Shown piece after piece: positions 19,265 to 27,999 of a stretch of DNA of 46,475 bases. The notes under the pieces are model-generated. The model saw only the letters and a list, made by a program, of their open reading frames with translations, was not told the origin of the DNA and did not search any database. How positions within the stretch are numbered: the first letter of the stretch is position 1; each line of letters begins with the position of its first letter. The stretch spans positions 1-46,475 of IMG/VR virus record IMGVR_UViG_3300049893_001524. One strand, written 5' to 3'. A program made the translations under genes and the position numbers. This DNA comes from a virus (Duplodnaviria > Caudoviricetes).

Positions 19265-21547
19265 TTACATCGAATTCTGCGGGATCTCACCGAAGTCGCC
19301 ACGACTGATCACGCCCGCCTTGTCGTTGCCGGCGAGATTCATGGCGCCATTTGGCTTGGCGGGAACCACCGACTTGCCGCCCGGCTTAGCGGCCTGGGAC
19401 TGCGCCTGCGCGGCCTGCTGCAGCTTCAAGATGAAGTTCCTGTTGTCGTCGCTGATGCTATGGCTGAGCGCCTCGCGCTGCAAGTAGAGCTCCTTGCGCT
19501 TGGTGTCTTCCTGTTCTCCGGCGAGCATGCGGTCGATCTCGGCGAGCCGGAGCTCGGCGGCCTTGATCTTCGCCTGCATCGCGGCGATCTCGAGTCGCGT
19601 TGCCGAGTCGATCTGCTTGGCCTTGATCATGCCGTCCACGCGCATCTTGGTCTCCGCCGTGCGGTTTTCCAGCATTGCGCTCAACTGCTGGACCTGCTGC
19701 TCGAGCTGCTGAATGCGCGGATCCTGCTGGGCGTTGCCGAGGTCCGGGAAGAACCGCGATCCGTCGCGGTATCCCAGGGCGCCGAAGACTTCCTTGACGA
19801 TTTCGCTCTTGTCCGCGCCCTGCATGATCGTCGGGTCGATGCGGTTCAACGCGTCGGCGCCGAGCAGCAACTTGCCGACGCGCTTCTCAGGCTGCGTCGA
19901 GCTGAATCCTACGTTCACTCGTACCTGAGTCTTGACGCCGAGTAGCTGGTGAATCATTTCGACGGGTAACTGCGCGGTGGCCGCGATGATTTCGAGAACT
20001 TCGTCGTCGGTTTCATAGGCTGACTCCATGGCGACGAGCTGGCGCATGACGCGCTGCACCCAGGTCTCGGCTACGGTGCGCACCTGGAATTCCTGAATCT
20101 GCGAGGCGTCGGCTGACAACAGCGACATGCCGCCCACGGTCTCGTTGAGCTGGCGATTGCTGCCCACCGACGCCGCCGAGAAATTGCCGCCGAGCTCGTC
20201 GAACTCCATGGACAGCCGGTTGTGCTCCTCGTAGCTCGACCGCGTGACGTCCTGCGTGGAGATCTCGCGGACGTCGCGCTCGACGTCGGTCATCATGACC
20301 GCAGACGATGGCACGTTGCGGATCAGCGTGGTGACGTCAACGCCCTGGCCGCGGCGCACGAACCACCGGCGATTCAGCGCGAGCTTGACGTTGTCCAGGC
20401 GCAGGTTGGCGACGTCGTTGATCTCCTCCTGCATGCCAGACGTCATGTCGACGGGCGACGTCGGGAACGCCATGTGGGCTTCGATCGACGCGTAGCCCAT
20501 CGAGTACGGGCGCTCGCCAGGCATCAGATGCGGGAATACGTCGGCGGCTAACTCTGGCTCGGCGAGAATCATTTCGGTGCCCAGGGTTTCGCAGTACCAG
20601 TCCTCGCCGTCGACGCGGTAAAAGCCCTTGTGCACCCACACGATCTTGTAGTCGTCGATGGCAACGTCGTTCTGGTACTTGTCGATGCGCTGGCCTTCGC
20701 GCATCTTGCGAATCGAATCCCAGTCCTGCTGCAGAGCGGCCTGCAGGACTCCGGTGTCGTAGTGCCGGTACAGGGGCTTGCCCGTGCGCGGGTTCACGCG
20801 CTCCATGTTTTCACGGACCTCGTGGATATACATCGGGCAGAGCTCGATGAGGTACGGGCTCGAATCAATGGGGTTCGTCCAGTCCGCGGCGGGGTCAATG
20901 CGCAGGTTTTCGAGTGGCACGAGCTTGACGTCGGGTTTGTCGGCGACGACGACATCCTCGCTGCTCTGGTCAACCGTGGTGCTGCCGTCCTCCTCCTCGT
21001 AGATGTCCGCGTACATCTGCTGGCGCACGCGGCGATCCCATATCTGTTTACTGATCACGACGCCGTGAACCGCGGCATCCTGGGCGCCGCCTACGCAAAC
21101 TAGGAACCACGGAATCGTGTGCTCGAGGCGCCAGTTCAACAGCGCGGAGTGCACCTCGGCGGCGAGCACCTGATCGTGCTTGGCGGGATTCAGCGCCGTG
21201 CAGTGCACCATGTCCTGCGTGGAAAAGAACGCGATCGCCATGGCGGCGTCGCTGCGCCGTACCATGGCGCGCGTTTTCGGCCGGAAAACCCTGGATTTCT
21301 TCTGGTAGAGCTCGCTGTTGTACTTCGACCCTGGCTTGTGGACGCTCCTGAAATGCGCGAGGTTCTCCTCGGCCTTCTTGCGCAGCGACGCGTTGAACCA
21401 GTCGTCGGACGCCGAATACGCGTTGCGCGCCCTGGAGATCCACTCGTCATCGCCAGGGTCACCGAATCTCGCCTGGCCGTCGCCAACGCGTGTGCCCTCG
21501 AGGTTCGGCGTGTGCCGTGGGTCTTCGGATTCAGCTCGCATTGCCAT
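19265..21547 (-). CDS. Portal protein (P22-like, 760 aa)
   Basis: SRVFRPKTR, RIDPAADW, QEEINDVANLRLDNV, NETVGGM, C-terminal Gln-rich barrel coiled coil. Confidence 0.9.
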   Translation of the reverse strand: MAMRAESEDPRHTPNLEGTRVGDGQARFGDPGDDEWISRARNAYSASDDWFNASLRKKAEENLAHFRSVHKPGSKYNSELYQKKSRVFRPKTRAMVRRSDAAMAIAFFSTQDMVHCTALNPAKHDQVLAAEVHSALLNWRLEHTIPWFLVCVGGAQDAAVHGVVISKQIWDRRVRQQMYADIYEEEDGSTTVDQSSEDVVVADKPDVKLVPLENLRIDPAADWTNPIDSSPYLIELCPMYIHEVRENMERVNPRTGKPLYRHYDTGVLQAALQQDWDSIRKMREGQRIDKYQNDVAIDDYKIVWVHKGFYRVDGEDWYCETLGTEMILAEPELAADVFPHLMPGERPYSMGYASIEAHMAFPTSPVDMTSGMQEEINDVANLRLDNVKLALNRRWFVRRGQGVDVTTLIRNVPSSAVMMTDVERDVREISTQDVTRSSYEEHNRLSMEFDELGGNFSAASVGSNRQLNETVGGMSLLSADASQIQEFQVRTVAETWVQRVMRQLVAMESAYETDDEVLEIIAATAQLPVEMIHQLLGVKTQVRVNVGFSSTQPEKRVGKLLLGADALNRIDPTIMQGADKSEIVKEVFGALGYRDGSRFFPDLGNAQQDPRIQQLEQQVQQLSAMLENRTAETKMRVDGMIKAKQIDSATRLEIAAMQAKIKAAELRLAEIDRMLAGEQEDTKRKELYLQREALSHSISDDNRNFILKLQQAAQAQSQAAKPGGKSVVPAKPNGAMNLAGNDKAGVISRGDFGEIPQNSM

Positions 21548-22106
21548 CCCCGATGTAGATTTGCCGCTGCACGCCAGTCTCCGTACGCCTATCGACGACG
21601 CGAACCTTCAACTTGCCAGACTTTACCGCAGCCGAGAACGCCTCGTCGCGGTAGCGACGCCGGAACGCCGCGTTCTTGTCGCTGACGTCGTAGGCGACGA
21701 GTCCCATGTTGCGCTTCGCCGCCGCCCAGGCTTCGTGAGTGTAGCGGCCGCGCGGCATGCCGGCGCGCTCGAGAATCTCGCCGCCAGCGCGCAGCACGGC
21801 ACTGAGCTGTGGGTCGTCCTGGATGCGGGCGATGTGCAGGAGATAGCCGTAGCGCGCGTCGAGTCGCATCGAGCGAATCGTGATGATGCCGCCGCGCTCG
21901 TCGGGCGCGATTACCCACGCCCAGCCAGGGAAGTTTGACTCCAGGATGTCGCCGACGCGCTTCACGATGACCACAGTCGACGCCCGGCACTTGAGATCGG
22001 CGGCAGACGTCGTGTAGCCCTCTGGTTCGCCGCCGGCGTCGCGCACCTGTATGGGCCCGCCCCTGGACTTCTTCGCCGCCCGCAAGGACTGGTTGGTCAC
22101 AATCAC
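21531..22106 (-). CDS. Hypothetical protein (191 aa)
   Basis: Overlaps the portal start and upstream stop; FPGWAW and AGGEILER segments. Confidence 0.6.
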   Translation of the reverse strand: MIVTNQSLRAAKKSRGGPIQVRDAGGEPEGYTTSAADLKCRASTVVIVKRVGDILESNFPGWAWVIAPDERGGIITIRSMRLDARYGYLLHIARIQDDPQLSAVLRAGGEILERAGMPRGRYTHEAWAAAKRNMGLVAYDVSDKNAAFRRRYRDEAFSAAVKSGKLKVRVVDRRTETGVQRQIYIGDGNAS

Positions 22107-23119
22107 TACGAACCCCTCTCGTAAAACGTCCGGCCGCCGCTGAACCTATATACGGGGACGCGCCCGCTTCGCCTGCCGTAGTAGTCGGTCAACGACTTGA
22201 AGTCTATGGTTTTCGACGTCGGCCCGCGCGCCGCCGGAGGACTCGGCGCAATCAATGAGCCCGTCGCCTGGCAGGCCACCGCGATCAAGCATACCGCAGT
22301 CGATGGCTCAGGGAGGCCGTCGTCACCACTCGCCGATGCGGTGACGACGATCTGCGAATTCGCGAAGCCAGATACAGATCCGGATGCGATCGCCTGAACG
22401 GCAACGCCGACGGAACCAGAGCTCGCGAACTGCGCGCTGGCGATAGCAAGAACCTGAACGCTGACCTGAGCGATGCCCGCCGTTGGTCCCGACGTACTGG
22501 CTTCGCGCGCCGACGACGTGATGTTTACCGAGCACGTCGCCTGCGCGGGAGCGCCGCCAGCAGCAGAGGCGTTCGTTGATACTGAACACGTCGCCGTCGC
22601 AGCGAGCACTGCGCCCGCAGTAGCTGTGATCGCGACGTTGACGGGATCCACGGTCTCGATGACGTCGCCGCTCGCCGACGCCGTGATGTTGACGTTGGCT
22701 TCCTGAATAGCCGGCGGCGTCGCCAGGTTGCCGGCTGCGCTAACGACTACGGATGCCGTGCCGCTCGCATTGATGGTGCCGACGCCAGTCGCCAGAGTCG
22801 TGACGAGAACCTGGCCGGTGTTGTCCGGCACGCCGAACGCCGACCCCGAGTAGGCGCGCGAGAGGTGGGCGCGATCGACGACGCCGACGGTGCCGTCTGG
22901 GATCGGCACGGCGCGCATGGCCACGCGCATCGCGCTGACCGCAGACGCGCGCTTCGACGCCGTGCTCAAACCAGCGTCGGCATTGATGCCTGCGTACGCC
23001 CCGACTATTTGCTGGCGATCTGCCTGGTCTACGCTACTGTCTGGGAGCGGCAGCAAAACGCCCCAGGGCTTCCGAATGGAAGCCGCTGATGCGCGCTTAT
23101 TGCGGGTGTCCAGCGCCAT
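22106..23119 (-). CDS. Putative virion fibre/structural protein with N-terminal tandem repeat and Ala/Ser/Thr beta repeats
   Basis: Two ~43-aa repeats (KRASA...P.PD..V...DR.....AY.G), then a periodic A/S/T/V beta-rich tract. Confidence 0.6.
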   Translation of the reverse strand: MALDTRNKRASAASIRKPWGVLLPLPDSSVDQADRQQIVGAYAGINADAGLSTASKRASAVSAMRVAMRAVPIPDGTVGVVDRAHLSRAYSGSAFGVPDNTGQVLVTTLATGVGTINASGTASVVVSAAGNLATPPAIQEANVNITASASGDVIETVDPVNVAITATAGAVLAATATCSVSTNASAAGGAPAQATCSVNITSSAREASTSGPTAGIAQVSVQVLAIASAQFASSGSVGVAVQAIASGSVSGFANSQIVVTASASGDDGLPEPSTAVCLIAVACQATGSLIAPSPPAARGPTSKTIDFKSLTDYYGRRSGRVPVYRFSGGRTFYERGS

Positions 23120-23151
23120 TTGCTACCCGACGACAGTCGCCGTCAGGTCGC

Positions 23152-23562
23152 TCAGGCGAACGTGACGACGAACGCTCCGCTGTTGAACTGGAACTGGTTG
23201 CCAGCGCCGATGATGACGTCGGCGTCGAGCTGCGTGTACACGAGCACCTGGCCGCCGTTGTGCGCTGCAGAGTCCACGACTGCGCCGTAGCGAATCGTAC
23301 CCCAGCCAGCCGGCGTCGCCACGGGGAACGTGACCGCACTCGAGTTCGACCCCGATCCGTTCGTCGGCGCCCCAAATGTCACGCTCTGCCGGGCGTACGC
23401 ATTGGAGTTAGCGACCTCGTTGGTCTGCGTGTTCGCCTCGAGCTCGCCTGTCGTCGCCGTCGACGTGAACAGCGCGAGCCGCGGCGTCGGCGAGCTGTAG
23501 CCCGTCGCGCGCAGGACGTGGTTGAACAACGCATTTTCCAGGTAATCACTTGCTTCTGACAT
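23152..23562 (-). CDS. Small phage structural (fibre-associated) protein
   Basis: SDYLENALFNH...LALFT...YARQSVTF...VTFP.AT..WGTI, a widespread phage structural-protein pattern; GAGGAG RBS. Confidence 0.75.
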   Translation of the reverse strand: MSEASDYLENALFNHVLRATGYSSPTPRLALFTSTATTGELEANTQTNEVANSNAYARQSVTFGAPTNGSGSNSSAVTFPVATPAGWGTIRYGAVVDSAAHNGGQVLVYTQLDADVIIGAGNQFQFNSGAFVVTFA

Positions 23563-23580
23563 CGAAGAATCTCCTCTGAA

Positions 23581-24201
23581 TTACGGACCAGTGCCGAGCT
23601 CGCCGCGGTCAAAGGTCGTGCCGTTGTCAGAAACCGTGGCCTTCTGATCAACAGTGGTGCCGTCGTCTGCGTACAACTTCTGCGTCGTCGCGTCCTGCGT
23701 GATGCGGTTGCGGAATGCCTTGTACAGATAGCTGATCTTCTTCTGCAGCGTCACCGTCGCGCCAGGAGCTTCCTGGCCAGGCTCAGCATACGTGTCGACG
23801 TTCAGCGCGTCGACGACTTCGGCGTTGACATCAGCCTTGGCCGTGGTGCCGAGCGCCGACGGCACGTTATAGCGGTTGCGAATCGAGAAGTGGCCGAGGA
23901 CGGCGTTCACAGACTTGCCGTCGATCGTCGCGCCGCTCAGCACAACCGTGAAGTTGTTGCCGGCCGCGTAGAACGTGCCGTCGCTCGACAGGTCGATGTC
24001 GACGGCGTGGATACCCGTGAGGCTGTCGAAATCCTCGGTGTCCGTGACGCCAGACGTGGACTGCGTGACGCCGTTGTTCTTGTACACGGAGATCGTGCCG
24101 TTCGTCGCCCGCGTGATCGACGCGCCGTCCGCGCCATAGCTCGACCACATCATGCGAACCGTGACGCCGGTATCGAAATCGCCCAAATAAGGTGCGCTCA
24201 T
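23581..24201 (-). CDS. Putative virion structural protein (206 aa)
   Basis: Beta-rich N-domain, KADVNAEVVDAL helix, DDGTTVDQKATVSD C-terminus; coupled start. Confidence 0.6.
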   Translation of the reverse strand: MSAPYLGDFDTGVTVRMMWSSYGADGASITRATNGTISVYKNNGVTQSTSGVTDTEDFDSLTGIHAVDIDLSSDGTFYAAGNNFTVVLSGATIDGKSVNAVLGHFSIRNRYNVPSALGTTAKADVNAEVVDALNVDTYAEPGQEAPGATVTLQKKISYLYKAFRNRITQDATTQKLYADDGTTVDQKATVSDNGTTFDRGELGTGP

Positions 24202-24944
24202 AGTCTCGCCTCACTTCTGAAATTGCCGCGCATTATCGCGGCGTGAATGCTGGGCACGATGATGTCACGGCGGCGCGGAATGAGCACGCCACTCCTGGGC
24301 CGCGCGACCAGGCCGCCGTTCACCAGGCCGCCGACGGGATCCCGGCTGCCCGCCAGTTTGCCGCCGGCATTTCCTGCCGCGGCGGCGGCGTCAGTCCACG
24401 AATCAATCGCGTAATCGGCGCTGGTGCCCGTGTCTCTCGTCACCGAGAACCCGGGATAGCCGCCGGTCTTCGGCGTGCCGTCGGCCCAGCTACCGACCTC
24501 CGAACCGTTGACGTAGAGCTTGATAGTGCCGCCGGAGAGCTGCGCGATCTTGATGATGATGCCGCCGCTCGCAGCAGCGGCCGGGGTGACGCCGGAATCG
24601 GCCTGATAGTAGCTCTGCCACGACGCATCCTTGAGCAGTGTGAACACTAGGTTCGTGCTTCCATTGTGCTCGAGCTTCATCGCGTATCCGCCGCCCCAGC
24701 CCCCGGTTCCGTTGCAAAAAGCGATGCGGTTGCAGCCGTCGTTGTAGATACCCGGCGCCCAACTGCACTCGCTCGCCTGGACCTGACCCTGACCGTCCTG
24801 ATACCACGCCTGCTCGCCACCGGGGCCGTTCAACTGACATCTATTGCTCTGAATCACGAACGCATTGGCCTGCCCCATATTCCACTTGGCATCGTGGGTG
24901 TCGAGGATCGTGCCGTTGGTGTCCGTGAAAGTATCGGTAGCCAT
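24198..24944 (-). CDS. ConA/LamG-like beta-sandwich structural protein (248 aa)
   Basis: DTFTDTNGT.L..H start, IKLYVNGSEVG, Trp/Gly-rich beta sandwich. Confidence 0.55.
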   Translation of the reverse strand: MATDTFTDTNGTILDTHDAKWNMGQANAFVIQSNRCQLNGPGGEQAWYQDGQGQVQASECSWAPGIYNDGCNRIAFCNGTGGWGGGYAMKLEHNGSTNLVFTLLKDASWQSYYQADSGVTPAAAASGGIIIKIAQLSGGTIKLYVNGSEVGSWADGTPKTGGYPGFSVTRDTGTSADYAIDSWTDAAAAAGNAGGKLAGSRDPVGGLVNGGLVARPRSGVLIPRRRDIIVPSIHAAIMRGNFRSEARL

Positions 24945-24947
24945 CGA

Positions 24948-27683
24948 CTACGCGCCAAGGTATCCAATGTCGAGGCCGTCGGTTCCCGCGCTCTTGTACG
25001 GGCTACTTGGCTGCAGCGTGTAATCTCCAGCCGCGTAGTTGGTGAACCCCACGGCTGCCAGGTTTGGCAGCGCGACGTTCACCATTGGCGCGCCGTAGGC
25101 AGACGCCGACACGCCGCTCGGCGCCCAATCAAAGAGCACGGTGTTCTTCACACTCCACGGGCACGCCGGATCGCCGATGTTGTTAAGGGCGTCTTTACCG
25201 AATCCGACACCACCGGATATGCCATAAGCGCCATGCGGTATGATCGAATTCTCGATGGTCGTGTACCTGACACGCGACGCGTAATACGGCACCCCCGCGG
25301 TGATTGCTTCCTGAATGGCCCCGGCATTGAGCGCGTGCGAGTTATTCACAGGCTGGAAGGCGGCAGTTCGAGCGTTGGCCTTAATGCCAAAGGTAGCATG
25401 GTCGATAAGCAGATCGTGCGGCGCAAGGCGAGACGGATGGAAGGCTGTGACACCATCCAAATTGCCGTTAGCCCACTCACCTGTTAGTTGCGCACGCACA
25501 TTGCAGATCGTCACGCGCTCAACATCGAATGCCGGATCGTGGTATCCGCCATCCGGTGGCGGCCCACTGTTAGAGCGTTCCGTGAGCTGGAAGCCACCGC
25601 ACCAGTCTTTGCCGTCGATGTCGTAAAACGCGATGTCCGTACACTTGTTCCACTCAGGGGACAAACCCTCCCCCTGCAGGCCAATAAGAATGCTCTCTCC
25701 TGCCTGGCCACCAGCCCAGTTGGTGTCAAAGACGCCCCCACCAGAAACGCAGCGTTGCCCCCACTTGAATTCAAGCAAATTCTTGACATTGGCAATGCCG
25801 CCCGGATCGTTGAGGTACTTCCACGCGGGATTCTTCTTGTACAGGTTCCCCCAAACCTCGATGTCCTTGGTGATCACCAATGACGGCTCAGGCGCAGCAC
25901 CCCCGATCAGTACGTTGATGCTGGACGCCTGCAGGAAGTTGTTCCGGATCTTGAGCGGCCCAGCTCCACCAAATGCGGCGATGGCGTGGCACTCCGTGCC
26001 GGCGCGCGGCCCTTGATGATCCAGATAGGAATCAACCACGGCCATGTGGATGCCACCCAGCGACACGCATCGCTTTACGCCATAGGTTCCAAAATCGCCT
26101 ATCGCCGTGTGCATGTAGCATCGGTCGACGATCATGTGGTGTGCGGTGTTTGCCGCTAACGGCGCCCGGTTGTCGAGATACAGGAAAGTATCTACCGCTT
26201 GGTTGCCAGGGACGTTTGATAAATCCAAGCCAAGCAGCCGAAAATGGTGCGCTGCTGAAGCACTTGCAAAGATACTGTTAGCGCCAATAGCACATCGTAG
26301 CTTTGGCATGAAGCCAGAATGCTCTGGCCCTACACGAACGCCGGGGCCCGGCAAAAGAGCCCAAAGGCTGCTGCGAATGTGGATGTGCGAAGCCCCCGCA
26401 CCCCTGTTAGGCAGAATCTGATCGCTGAAATCAAACGTGTTAGCGGCATTCAGTGTGATTGAATCGCCAAACGCGCAAGCGGCAAGTGCCGCTTGAACCT
26501 GCGCCACGTTGTTGCAGACGTAGTCCGTTCCGGTGGGTGCGACGTATGTCGTATCAACATAGACGCGCGGCGCTTCGGCAAGATCAACTTTACCGGCGAC
26601 TGGTGCGGCAGTGACAACATTGCTCCACGTCCCCGCTTCTACGCCGGCGGCGTTCGTCGTCAGGTACTGGAAGTCGTAACTCACGCCTGTCGTCAGGCCG
26701 ACGGCGACAAGCCACTGCGCGGGCGATTGTGCGTATGTGTACGGACCGCTTGTGCCAGCCTGGCGCCACCGAATCTTGTAGTAATGTGCGCCCGGAACTT
26801 GAGAAGCGAAAAGTCCTACGGTCGTGCGACCTGCGCGCCACAACCGCAGCGAAGCCGGGCCACCGCTCTGCGTCTGCGCAGAGGCCGTCGGACTGTAAAG
26901 CGACACATTGCTCGACGTGTCGATGGCCTTCATGCGGAAGTCGTAGTTCGTCGACGCCGTAAGGCTCGACACCAGGTACGGGAAGCTCGCGTTATTCAAG
27001 CCGATCGCGACGATCAGCCACGTTGAATCCACCGATCGCTTGTATTCCAGGGTGTACGCGAACTGGCTGGCGTCAACCGAAGGCGTCGCCAGCGTGATCT
27101 GAATCGCGGTAGCGCCGAGCGCGGCGGCCGTGATCACCGGATTTGACGGCGGCGTGATGTCGAGCGACGTCGCGCTCTGGATAGCGGTCGGCGCGCTCAC
27201 GTTGCCGGCGTTGTCGATGGCGTCGATGAAATACGCCCTGGACTGGCCCTCTCCCATCGAGTAATCCGCATACGCCTGCGTGACGCCGACTTCGACGAGC
27301 GCGATCTGCGTGAACGGCCCGGCTGGCGTCAGCGCCCGCCATATTCGGTAGCCGCGCAATCCTGAGCCGCCAGATGGGCCGGGTGGGCCATCGGTGCTCG
27401 GGCTCCACTGCAGGTAAAGGCCGCCCTCGGGAGGCGCGAGAACCTGGAAATTCTGCGGTTGCGTTGGTGCCTGCGTGTCCGTGCTGACGATCGTGATGGG
27501 CACAACATCTACCTCGACGTTAGGGTAGCTGACGACATACTTGCCGGCGCCGTTGGCGTCTGAGTGCTTGGAGATCGACTCCCACGCCTCGCGATCGGAA
27601 ACGTGGCTCGATATAAGCAGACCGCCTCTGCGGACTTCGATCTTGCCCTTCGTCGTCCATTTGATCACGCCGCGCCCCTGCAA
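24948..27683 (-). CDS. Fibronectin type III repeats plus right-handed beta-helix (putative depolymerase/spike, 911 aa)
   Basis: DTQAPTQP...LQWSPSTD...GYRIWR...YFIDAIDNAGNVS FN3 repeats (about 3); pectin-lyase-like repeats; DYTLQPSSPYKSAGTDGLDIG C-terminus; start uncertain. Confidence 0.75.
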   Translation of the reverse strand: MQGRGVIKWTTKGKIEVRRGGLLISSHVSDREAWESISKHSDANGAGKYVVSYPNVEVDVVPITIVSTDTQAPTQPQNFQVLAPPEGGLYLQWSPSTDGPPGPSGGSGLRGYRIWRALTPAGPFTQIALVEVGVTQAYADYSMGEGQSRAYFIDAIDNAGNVSAPTAIQSATSLDITPPSNPVITAAALGATAIQITLATPSVDASQFAYTLEYKRSVDSTWLIVAIGLNNASFPYLVSSLTASTNYDFRMKAIDTSSNVSLYSPTASAQTQSGGPASLRLWRAGRTTVGLFASQVPGAHYYKIRWRQAGTSGPYTYAQSPAQWLVAVGLTTGVSYDFQYLTTNAAGVEAGTWSNVVTAAPVAGKVDLAEAPRVYVDTTYVAPTGTDYVCNNVAQVQAALAACAFGDSITLNAANTFDFSDQILPNRGAGASHIHIRSSLWALLPGPGVRVGPEHSGFMPKLRCAIGANSIFASASAAHHFRLLGLDLSNVPGNQAVDTFLYLDNRAPLAANTAHHMIVDRCYMHTAIGDFGTYGVKRCVSLGGIHMAVVDSYLDHQGPRAGTECHAIAAFGGAGPLKIRNNFLQASSINVLIGGAAPEPSLVITKDIEVWGNLYKKNPAWKYLNDPGGIANVKNLLEFKWGQRCVSGGGVFDTNWAGGQAGESILIGLQGEGLSPEWNKCTDIAFYDIDGKDWCGGFQLTERSNSGPPPDGGYHDPAFDVERVTICNVRAQLTGEWANGNLDGVTAFHPSRLAPHDLLIDHATFGIKANARTAAFQPVNNSHALNAGAIQEAITAGVPYYASRVRYTTIENSIIPHGAYGISGGVGFGKDALNNIGDPACPWSVKNTVLFDWAPSGVSASAYGAPMVNVALPNLAAVGFTNYAAGDYTLQPSSPYKSAGTDGLDIGYLGA

Positions 27684-27698
27684 GGTGCATTGCTGCGT

Positions 27699-27726
27699 AG
27701 CGTATCAGCGGCGCGGCCGCTGTCAA
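27699..27726 (-). promoter_or_regulatory. Sigma70-like promoter for the structural operon
   Basis: TTGACA (27726-27721), 16-nt spacer ending TGA, TACGCT (27704-27699); extended -10. Confidence 0.6.
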
Positions 27727-27730
27727 TGCA

Positions 27731-27964
27731 TCACGCCGCCGCGTGTTCTTGTTTCTGTTTTCTGGCTTTGACGAGGCCGAGAGAGAATTCGAGGAGGCGC
27801 ACGGCGCGATCCGGCGTGTTGCGAATGTTCGCCGAGCCATCCGGCTCGAGCCAGCGATCGACGGCGGACTTCGACACGCCGCAGTGATGCGCAACGGCTT
27901 TTCGTGTGAGGCCGAACTGCGTGATCAGCTCTCGAATTCTCTGGTTATTGGCTGGCGTAGGCAT
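27731..27964 (-). CDS. Small XRE-type HTH regulator (Aca1/KorC-like architecture)
   Basis: IRELITQFGLTRKAVAHHCGVSKSAVDRWL HTH followed by R..P...RLLE; ATG 27964 preferred over TTG 27976. Confidence 0.75.
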   Translation of the reverse strand: MPTPANNQRIRELITQFGLTRKAVAHHCGVSKSAVDRWLEPDGSANIRNTPDRAVRLLEFSLGLVKARKQKQEHAAA

Positions 27965-27976
27965 TGCTGGTCCCAA

Positions 27977-27999
27977 ATGTTAGCACATACAAAGTGCGT
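27977..27999 (-). promoter_or_regulatory. Extended -10 promoter plus operator copy 1 upstream of the HTH gene
   Basis: TG-c-TAACAT (27985-27977); operator ACATAC-AAA-GTGCGT at 27985-27999. Confidence 0.55.
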
